DNA of 64,000 bases from a virus: IMG/VR virus record IMGVR_UViG_3300045988_126355; one strand, given 5' to 3'. Shown here one piece after another: positions 46,691 through 53,782 of the stretch; positions within the stretch are counted from its first letter, which is position 1; every line of letters begins with the position of its first letter. The position numbers and the translations under genes were made by a program. The notes under the pieces are model-generated. The model saw only the letters and a program-made list of their open reading frames with translations. It did not search any database and was not told the origin of the DNA.

Positions 46691-47037
46691 ATGATAAACA
46701 TTTCTTTCAGAATACTGATCTTTATTCCGTATATCAATTTCATCTCATCTCTATCATATACGTCAAAAAAGGATTCACTGGGGTCCTTTGGATTTACGTT
46801 CAATTGAATTATGCAATTACCAGTATAAACCTTAAGCCTATAATTATCGAAGTATATATCCTGCATGGTTTCAAATGTCTCAATTAAATTTTCAACAAGT
46901 GCTCTGTTAAATGAAAAAGATTCTTTACCATCACCTTTAAATGTGATATGATCTAAATTCCTGTTGTCAAATTCATACTTTAATTGATTGCCGTCCATCA
47001 TATCATAAAATATTGACTTTCTGATTATAAATCCCAT
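46687..47037 (-). CDS. hypothetical protein (116 aa)
   Basis: ORF, ATGA-coupled. Confidence 0.45.
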   Translation of the reverse strand: MGFIIRKSIFYDMMDGNQLKYEFDNRNLDHITFKGDGKESFSFNRALVENLIETFETMQDIYFDNYRLKVYTGNCIIQLNVNPKDPSESFFDVYDRDEMKLIYGIKISILKEMFII

Positions 47038-47054
47038 ATTGTTTTATTTTTTAG

Positions 47055-47360
47055 TTAATACAAATCTTCTGAATACAATTGTTCTCTAATAGCACTCCTA
47101 TCTACTACCATTTCCTGATTATTGTTTCTAACAAGTTCAGATGCTTCTTCTCTTGTTAAAAACCGATTCTTGCTCGTCAAAAATCCTTGAACACTGCGGT
47201 TTTTATGAGCAATACCATAAGCTGCAAACTGAGAAATGATAGAACAATGTCTCAATCCACAAAATACGGTTCCGGATGGTATGTTTACTGGACCGTGAGG
47301 CTTGTTCTTGTGATCTTGAACCCATATAGCTGCGCATACAACAATTTCCTTATCACACAT
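47055..47360 (-). CDS. hypothetical protein (101 aa)
   Basis: ORF. Confidence 0.45.
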   Translation of the reverse strand: MCDKEIVVCAAIWVQDHKNKPHGPVNIPSGTVFCGLRHCSIISQFAAYGIAHKNRSVQGFLTSKNRFLTREEASELVRNNNQEMVVDRSAIREQLYSEDLY

Positions 47361-47363
47361 AAT

Positions 47364-47639
47364 TTACATATTTAAAATACCGTTTTTACCAATATGCTTC
47401 TTCTCTTCTTCAGTAGGCCATTCTTTCTTGAACTTACCATGCCACGTTCCAGGAACTACCACCACTTCGTCTCCCTTACTATATTCAATAGCGGCACATT
47501 CAGAACAAAGAGGCTTGCCTTCATATCCCTTTAGCGACTTATCGTAAATACGATTCTTACAAGGTCTTATAAGAGCCCAATAACAGGATGTGGCTGTATT
47601 ATCTATACAGCCACATTTTGAACAAACAAACAAACTCAT
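47364..47639 (-). CDS. Cys-rich zinc-ribbon-like protein (91 aa)
   Basis: CSKCGC...C...C...CSEC. Confidence 0.45.
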   Translation of the reverse strand: MSLFVCSKCGCIDNTATSCYWALIRPCKNRIYDKSLKGYEGKPLCSECAAIEYSKGDEVVVVPGTWHGKFKKEWPTEEEKKHIGKNGILNM

Positions 47640-48499
47640 CCCGCAATCTCCCAGTCATTAGACATAATATCATGTTCGGTTGGATTCCAATTTGATGCTA
47701 CTTTTTGACCTGTATCTATCATCAATATATTTACGTCAAACATACAGATATACTTTTTACCCCAATCGATTCTTTTTATCTTACGACCTAATTTAAGCCG
47801 TTCTAAAGCCTGTTCGAATGTCATGCCATGACGAGGCAGTTTGAGATACTTTTCAAGTCTGTCGGAGGCTTCATTTGGTGTATGGCCATCGTATTCGAAA
47901 GCGGTTTCTCTTTCAGGAACATCAAACAAATCCCAGTATTTGCTTTCATAGTGATTAGATACCTGACCGGTAGGTAGGATCGCCATCACAATAAACCAAT
48001 CATCAGAACCGAAGCATTTTTCTCCGTCGCTGTGTCTCCTTGATTTGCAAACTTCAACCTGTCCGCTTCTGGCTAATAGATTAAAGAAGGCAGCGTTATA
48101 CAACATGCGATACCGATACAATTCATTGAAAGTGTGGTATCCGTCAGAGACTTCTCCCACGTCTACAGGCTTCTTGTTTTGAATACTACCCAAAATATTC
48201 TCTATATAGAGCTGTATTTTATACATACCCATTTCGGTGTGGCCGTATTTGTTCAAGATATTATTGACATCGTATTGTATATTAAAATCTTTTTCAAATT
48301 CTACTTCAGGATGATTAGGATAGTAGTAATCTACTGATGCTTCTAACACAGACTTGATATGCTCTACTATCCTCGTGGCATCATCATGTTTTAAGAAATT
48401 CTTGAATCCCTCAACGAATTTAATATCTTCTTCGATTGTTGATTCGAACTCTTCTTTTGTCATTACTCTAATCACATCTTTAAAATCTTTTAATTCCAT
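47636..48499 (-). CDS. two-domain protein; C-terminal ~70 aa is a DUF2829 (Tad2-like) domain (287 aa)
   Basis: C-terminus MTFEQALERLKLGRKIKRIDWGKKYICMF fits the DUF2829 pattern [MS]F.EAL..LK.G.KV.R.GW...M.I. N-terminal part (SDGYHTFNELYRYRMLYNAAFF) unassigned. Confidence 0.5.
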   Translation of the reverse strand: MELKDFKDVIRVMTKEEFESTIEEDIKFVEGFKNFLKHDDATRIVEHIKSVLEASVDYYYPNHPEVEFEKDFNIQYDVNNILNKYGHTEMGMYKIQLYIENILGSIQNKKPVDVGEVSDGYHTFNELYRYRMLYNAAFFNLLARSGQVEVCKSRRHSDGEKCFGSDDWFIVMAILPTGQVSNHYESKYWDLFDVPERETAFEYDGHTPNEASDRLEKYLKLPRHGMTFEQALERLKLGRKIKRIDWGKKYICMFDVNILMIDTGQKVASNWNPTEHDIMSNDWEIAG

Positions 48500-48522
48500 G
48501 ATTTGTTTTAAATTAATTGTTA

Positions 48523-49158
48523 CTATACTTTCTTTATCCTACAATACAAACCCCACAAAAACTCAGCGGAGAAACTATCCCATACATTATTCTTCTGCCA
48601 AAGTTCTACTTTGTTAACAAACCAAGACCATGTGGGACCCTCATATGAAGAATCAGATGATGATCCCAATCCGATTTTCTCCATTTCATTCGCCACATCA
48701 GAATAAGGATCTAAATCGACTCCCCTAATCATGTTAATAACATCATCCTTGTCTAACGTAAATTGAAACCGCTCCTTGTTAGTAGGCGGATCTTGATTCA
48801 ATTTACCAGTCGCAAGCCATTCTCCATCATGATACAATTCGGCAAGTTTCTTTACATTATTTTTAAGAAAAGAATACTCTTGTATGACTTCCATAAAATC
48901 AGCTTCGTTAGCTTTACCCTCTATGAAGATAACGGTTTTGCTTCCAGGTCTATGATCGTCTAAGCTTGCCGGGATTCCCAATATCGTCCATCCTTTAAAC
49001 TCAGCTATCTTAAAACGCATGACATCAAACACCTTATAAAAATCATCACAATCTACAGATTCTATTACCTTAACATCCTCTTCCGTAAATTTACCTCGTA
49101 TTGGAATAACATGATGACCAGGGCAGCCATCGGTTCCGAAATATGCGATTCTAACCAT
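48523..49158 (-). CDS. hypothetical protein (211 aa)
   Basis: ORF. Confidence 0.5.
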   Translation of the reverse strand: MVRIAYFGTDGCPGHHVIPIRGKFTEEDVKVIESVDCDDFYKVFDVMRFKIAEFKGWTILGIPASLDDHRPGSKTVIFIEGKANEADFMEVIQEYSFLKNNVKKLAELYHDGEWLATGKLNQDPPTNKERFQFTLDKDDVINMIRGVDLDPYSDVANEMEKIGLGSSSDSSYEGPTWSWFVNKVELWQKNNVWDSFSAEFLWGLYCRIKKV

Positions 49159-49159
49159 A

Positions 49160-49390
49160 TTATATATAATATTTTAGTTGTTCTGAAATCCTATATTTAC
49201 TTATATCATCGCACAAGTTACACCCTCCCGCACATCCACAAACCGAACAATACGAATCTCTTTCTGCCTTCGATTTAGATTGGAAATCTCTTGCAGCTTT
49301 AATCCAGGTAGGAGAAATAATATTACCGGAAAATATAGGTACATTTAAGATTAATATTTTCATTATTTTGGCAAAATATTCATATAACAC
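49160..49390 (-). CDS. small protein with Cys cluster CSVCGCAGGCNLC (76 aa)
   Basis: ORF. Confidence 0.4.
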   Translation of the reverse strand: MLYEYFAKIMKILILNVPIFSGNIISPTWIKAARDFQSKSKAERDSYCSVCGCAGGCNLCDDISKYRISEQLKYYI

Positions 49391-49578
49391 GGCACATCTA
49401 CTACGTCTCTTCTACGGATGCGCTTATCAAAATAGGAAACCATATAAGTATTTTTACCTTCGTGATCAGGTCTGGGATCGAAACATTCAAAAACGAATCT
49501 TGTTACACCTTCCAAATGACCAAGCATGAAAACAAATTCGCCACCGTATCTTTTATTAGCTAATTCTTCTACGGTCAT
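49363..49578 (-). CDS. hypothetical protein (71 aa) with strong SD (aggagggg)
   Basis: Minus-strand taggaggggacaggtt immediately before the ATG. Confidence 0.45.
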   Translation of the reverse strand: MTVEELANKRYGGEFVFMLGHLEGVTRFVFECFDPRPDHEGKNTYMVSYFDKRIRRRDVVDVPCYMNILPK

Positions 49579-49629
49579 AACCTGTCCCCTCCTAATCCTG
49601 AATTGATGCTAACATACTTAACACGGACA

Positions 49630-49803
49630 TCATTTCCACGTCCAAGCTGTCCCCCAGCCGGGCGATGGCGTTCCCTTGGCCGGAGCAGGGACAGCCCTAA
49701 GCCGAGACCAGTCCTGCTTTTGTCTCATGGCGTCAGCCTCTTTGTAATACCGGTTACACAGTTCTTGATCTTCGTAACCAACGTAATCTTCCTTATTTTC
49801 CAT
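49630..49803 (-). CDS. small hypothetical protein (57 aa, MENKEDYVGYEDQELCNRYYKEAD...) in a GC-rich island
   Basis: Translated by hand; antisense to an implausible plus ORF in the track. Confidence 0.3.
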   Translation of the reverse strand: MENKEDYVGYEDQELCNRYYKEADAMRQKQDWSRLRAVPAPAKGTPSPGWGTAWTWK

Positions 49804-49875
49804 ATAGAATAGTTTTTCAACAAATGTACGACATTCATGAATTAATTAGATTTAAAATAAAACAATATAAATTAA

Positions 49876-49908
49876 AATAAAAACCCGATACGTTAAAATC
49901 GCATCGGG
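49876..49908 (-). terminator. rho-independent terminator (minus strand): cccgatgcg-(7 nt)-cgtatcggg followed by ttttt
   Basis: 8/9-bp GC-rich stem plus T-run on the minus strand, downstream of the small ORF 49931-50107. Confidence 0.5.
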
Positions 49909-49930
49909 CCTGGTATTGAAAAAAATAGGT

Positions 49931-50107
49931 TCAGATCTTGGGTAAAGACTCGAGCCAATTTTTAACATCTTTATATTTAGGGTCTTTGTCTATTCTATCT
50001 TTCAGTTCATGCAATGCTGAGTCCATAACCGTATTCGGTACGCCAATCAACTCTCCTATTAAATACAATGGGGTTTTATTCGATTTAGATTCGTGTGCTA
50101 TATTCAT
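49931..50107 (-). CDS. small hypothetical protein (58 aa, MNIAHESKSNKTPLYLIGELIGVPNTVMDSALHELKDRIDKDPKYKDVKNWLESLPKI)
   Basis: Translated by hand; below the track threshold; followed by the terminator. Confidence 0.35.
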   Translation of the reverse strand: MNIAHESKSNKTPLYLIGELIGVPNTVMDSALHELKDRIDKDPKYKDVKNWLESLPKI

Positions 50108-50192
50108 GTCAAAAAAAAGTTATGTGAAACAAACCGGCCACGGGTATTCTATTGCCCGCCGACCGGTATAATATTTTTATTCCTTTTTTTCC

Positions 50193-50218
50193 AAACGGGA
50201 AAAACGGGAATGCGGGAA
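50193..50218. repeat. 9-bp tandem repeat aaacgggaa x2 plus degenerate tgcgggaa
   Basis: Read directly, in an intergenic region. Confidence 0.6.
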
Positions 50219-50270
50219 TCATATTTTTTACTATGGCTCCCGCACCACCGGAAGGACCTGGATCTGGATC

Positions 50271-50564
50271 TCAGGTCAGATCCTTCCAGTTTATTTTTTC
50301 GCCGAGGTAATCTTGCACGGCAAGCCATCTTATAAAGGCTACTCCTTCGGGAGCATCCGGATCATCCAAATACATTAACGTAGCTTTCACCAACTCGTTC
50401 TCACATTTGAAGACCTTCGGAAAACCATCCGAATAGTACATTGCAAAGACATATTGGACATCGCCCCATGTCGCTTTATCCGGCTTCTTCGCTCCGCACT
50501 TTTCAAAAATATCTTTTATTTCCGGCTGCTTCCAGATCCTCTTGGATCCATCGACGTTGACCAT
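50271..50564 (-). CDS. hypothetical protein (97 aa)
   Basis: ORF. Confidence 0.45.
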   Translation of the reverse strand: MVNVDGSKRIWKQPEIKDIFEKCGAKKPDKATWGDVQYVFAMYYSDGFPKVFKCENELVKATLMYLDDPDAPEGVAFIRWLAVQDYLGEKINWKDLT

Positions 50565-50657
50565 CTTCTTTACCGCCTCATCAGCGAGAGCATTAGAAAA
50601 ATGGTAGCCGTAAGTATCTACATATTTCTGATAAGCTGGATCCTCTGCGTCTGCTCC

Positions 50658-51026
50658 TCAATAAGAACGACCTCTGCCACGTCCGCGACCTCTACGCATC
50701 TGAGGTCCGTCACCGTAGTATCTGTCGTCTCCATAGTAATCGGTCGGGTAGGATTCGTAACCCATCCTCCGGTATTCCCGGTCCTCCATTTCATGACGAC
50801 GTTCGCGCTCTTCGAGCCTTCTTTCCCTTTCTTCCAGCTCGTTTTCGCGCTCTTCCATTTCTTTCATCTTCTCATGCATACCGTAATGGTCGTAAATACC
50901 ACCACCATACCCCATGTACGTCCCATCAGAACGCCGGCTTCTGCCTCTGCCTCCACCTCGTCTGTCTTCTATCTCGTCATATCCAGGATATTCTCTGTGT
51001 CCTGAATTTAAATCATATACTATCAT
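50658..51026 (-). CDS. RGG/RG-repeat and RE-repeat low-complexity protein (122 aa), possible nucleic-acid-binding
   Basis: RRGGGRGRSRR...ERRLEERERRHEMEDREYRR...RRGRGRGRGRSY. Confidence 0.5.
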   Translation of the reverse strand: MIVYDLNSGHREYPGYDEIEDRRGGGRGRSRRSDGTYMGYGGGIYDHYGMHEKMKEMEERENELEERERRLEERERRHEMEDREYRRMGYESYPTDYYGDDRYYGDGPQMRRGRGRGRGRSY

Positions 51027-51033
51027 ATTATAC

Positions 51034-51528
51034 TTATTTCAAACGTTCTACAATTAACTTCTTTAAATCTTCGAATGAATCAGTAAGGTCATTCACCTTA
51101 TTTTCTATACCAGCTATTTTACGATCCTGCTCTCTCGTTTGCTTGAATGCCGGATTGATATCTTCTAATATAGATTCACAAGCCTCTATCTTGGCACGAT
51201 GGGCATCTACGCTGTCTATTATTTCCTGACTGGTGCTTTTTATGGCATTCAGCTCGTTCATAATCGGATCTATGCTGGTAGATAATGTTATGCCCATAGC
51301 CTTAGCCACATTCTGGGATTCCGGGACCGTATAGGTCTTGGTTTCGCCAGTGAGCTCTACCGTCAGATCCACCACGCGGGTCTGCATCGCCTGATACTGA
51401 CCTGGCTGAGGAGGAAGATACCTGGGTTCGGATACGGCTACTACCTTTCCCAATTCGTATTTAGGTACTGTATTAGTATCAAGGGTATGTACCTGAAACC
51501 CTTTCTTCAAATCTGAAAACATGATCAA
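51034..51528 (-). CDS. hypothetical protein (164 aa)
   Basis: ORF. Confidence 0.5.
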   Translation of the reverse strand: MIMFSDLKKGFQVHTLDTNTVPKYELGKVVAVSEPRYLPPQPGQYQAMQTRVVDLTVELTGETKTYTVPESQNVAKAMGITLSTSIDPIMNELNAIKSTSQEIIDSVDAHRAKIEACESILEDINPAFKQTREQDRKIAGIENKVNDLTDSFEDLKKLIVERLK

Positions 51529-51578
51529 AATATTAGTTAGGTGAAAATAGGGTGATGATCTCCATCACCCTACTGAAA

Positions 51579-51992
51579 TCATTTACCTGCTTTAACTTCA
51601 GACGCCTGGGCTGCCGCTACTGGAACACAGCAATCCATTAATCTTAACACGCCACGAACTTTATTGAAGTACAGAAGGCGTTCTGTGCCATTTACCATAG
51701 CGGCACCCGTGACAGCTACGTTAATAGGGTTCACGACATTCACTCCCGTAACCGGGCAACAGGTGTCGGCTCCTACTGTTGAAACTGTGCTGTTTGCCGG
51801 GACCGCAATCTGTACCGGTAGAGCACTTCCGGCTGTGGGGACTACTTGCCTTATCTTAAGAAGGATAAGACCCTCACACGGAAGGGCGATCCAAGCCCGT
51901 GGGTTAATACCGAAGACTGTATTTGTCGTACTGACAATAACATTCTTCGTAACCATCTCATACAACGATCCTATTTTAGAAACACAAGCCAT
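51579..51992 (-). CDS. hypothetical protein with vicinal Cys pairs (DTCCPV, MDCCVPV) (137 aa)
   Basis: ORF; strand chosen for consistency with the block (a competing plus ORF exists). Confidence 0.4.
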   Translation of the reverse strand: MACVSKIGSLYEMVTKNVIVSTTNTVFGINPRAWIALPCEGLILLKIRQVVPTAGSALPVQIAVPANSTVSTVGADTCCPVTGVNVVNPINVAVTGAAMVNGTERLLYFNKVRGVLRLMDCCVPVAAAQASEVKAGK

Positions 51993-52015
51993 ATTAGCCT
52001 CCTTTCTTAATAAAA

Positions 52016-53023
52016 TCAGACAGCAGCGTTGTTATTGCAACATCCGTTGTTACATCCGCATCCGTTATTACAGCAACCTCCTCCGAATACCTGTCCCCAA
52101 GTATAAGCCTGGTAAGGAGAACAAGAGGGGTAGGCCGGGACGGCCGTCGGGCGTAATTGACCAACGATATTCTGGGTTTGTTGCTGAGATAATGCCGAAG
52201 CTGTCAAAGCCGCTTTTTCTTCACGAAGTTGAGCAATAGTGTTCTGCATCTCCCTCATTTCCAACTGACAGAATTTGTCGTTGATCATAACGGTTTGGGC
52301 GTCAAGTTTCGCAGACAAGATATTGAATTGGCTTGTAGCTTGCTCACGATTGTTAGCCAGACCTTGGTTGAGACCGTTCTGCAAGATATTGGTTTGTTCC
52401 AACGTGCGAAGCTGGTTATCAAAACCTTGCTGAGTAATCATTCCCTGAGTCTGGCAAGTGCTTTGATTGATCAACGAACTCAGATTGCAGCAGCAAGAGC
52501 TGATTTGATTTCCTATTTCACAACCTTGTTGTTGAACTGCGTTGATAACAGCCTGAGAAGTCATACCTACCTGACCAGCTACTTTATCAATAGCACCCTG
52601 TACGTTGCAGATAGCGTTCTGAAGTTGAGTAGTAGAACAGTTCAAAGCAGAAGCAATCTGATCTATGGCGCTACGATTACCTTGAATTGCCTGCATCAAA
52701 AGTTCACGACCGTAATCGTTATTCAACTGAGCCGGCAAACCATTGGCACAACAATCACCGCCATTTCCAAAACCGTTACCGAAGCCGCGTCCACCCCACA
52801 GCCAGAACAAAACAATTATCCAGAGCCACCAACCGTTAGCCCCACCGAAACCGTCCTGGTTGTTACGACCGTTCATCAAAGCCGCCACCAGATTCGGATC
52901 CATTTTATTACCACCTATCAAATTAGCAAACATGCCGGGAATCATTGAAAGAAGACCGTTAGTGGCTGCACCACCACCGTTAGCCCCGGCTCCATCTAAA
53001 AGGACGATTTTATCACCACCCAT
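52016..53023 (-). CDS. Gly-rich membrane-anchored Q/N/C-rich protein with C-terminal GGGCCNNGCGCNNGCCNNN tail (335 aa from Met 53023)
   Basis: Gly-rich N-terminus; TM segment WWLWIIVLFWLWGG; Q/N-rich coiled-coil; repeated CC/CCC; terminal Cys-Asn-Gly repeat. Confidence 0.5.
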   Translation of the reverse strand: MGGDKIVLLDGAGANGGGAATNGLLSMIPGMFANLIGGNKMDPNLVAALMNGRNNQDGFGGANGWWLWIIVLFWLWGGRGFGNGFGNGGDCCANGLPAQLNNDYGRELLMQAIQGNRSAIDQIASALNCSTTQLQNAICNVQGAIDKVAGQVGMTSQAVINAVQQQGCEIGNQISSCCCNLSSLINQSTCQTQGMITQQGFDNQLRTLEQTNILQNGLNQGLANNREQATSQFNILSAKLDAQTVMINDKFCQLEMREMQNTIAQLREEKAALTASALSQQQTQNIVGQLRPTAVPAYPSCSPYQAYTWGQVFGGGCCNNGCGCNNGCCNNNAAV

Positions 53024-53782
53024 AATTTTATAGTATTTAATTGTTAAACATACGTGCATGAAGCACGTAACAAAGATCATGATTGCAGGGTGGAACAAGG
53101 CTGAGTTTGTTTCCGATAAAATGGAAGGATTTTCAGTAAAAACGGAAATATAATATACAACGAGTAGTTTTCCCCATTTATGGGTAAAAATTGATAATCA
53201 GCAACTTTCGCTTTTCCTTTTTTGGGTAAAGCGCTGTAAATCAAAACAGGATCCGCATCACTGCGAATCCTGCCTCAACTAATCTAAACTAAAATACCAT
53301 GAAAAACTTTTCCCCACTAAAACTAAAGAACGAACAAATGTATGAAAATACATGCTTTTCACAAAGAATCCGTATCCTGTTCTTTGGTATGGTTAAGTAC
53401 ATGGGATATAGTTCTGATACTTAATCCGGTTTGATTTTGTATCAGATTATAAATATAGGATTTTGAAACTACAGTTCTTAATTAACCTAAATCATTCATA
53501 ATGTTTTTATACATAAGATGAATGCTGTTGTTACGTTTGATGGTACTGATTCTCATTTCCTACTGTTATTAGTTACGTTCGGTTCTTACTTTTTCCTTAT
53601 TTCCATAATCCCTTCCTGAAACTAATATTGCAAACTTAACAAAAATAATTCATAAACAATGAAAATCTAACTTTTCTTGTATGTTATTGATATACGTGCA
53701 TATATAAGAAAAGTGAGACTTTCACAAGCCTCACTTCCCAAATTATAACTATGAAAAAACTATATATATATATATACAAAAA

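Noticed and set aside
49603-50335. Plus-strand ORFs 49603-49812, 49938-50171 and 50093-50335
   Set aside because: P/R/S-rich junk translations inside a minus-strand block; better explained by small minus-strand genes and a terminator.
51664-53033. Plus-strand ORFs 51664-52239, 52229-52948 and 52743-53033 (191, 239 and 96 aa)
   Set aside because: They are antisense to coherent minus-strand genes, span intergenic gaps, and have low-complexity P/T/S-rich translations typical of reading a GC-richer gene in reverse. Some risk remains that the minus-strand calls are the wrong ones.
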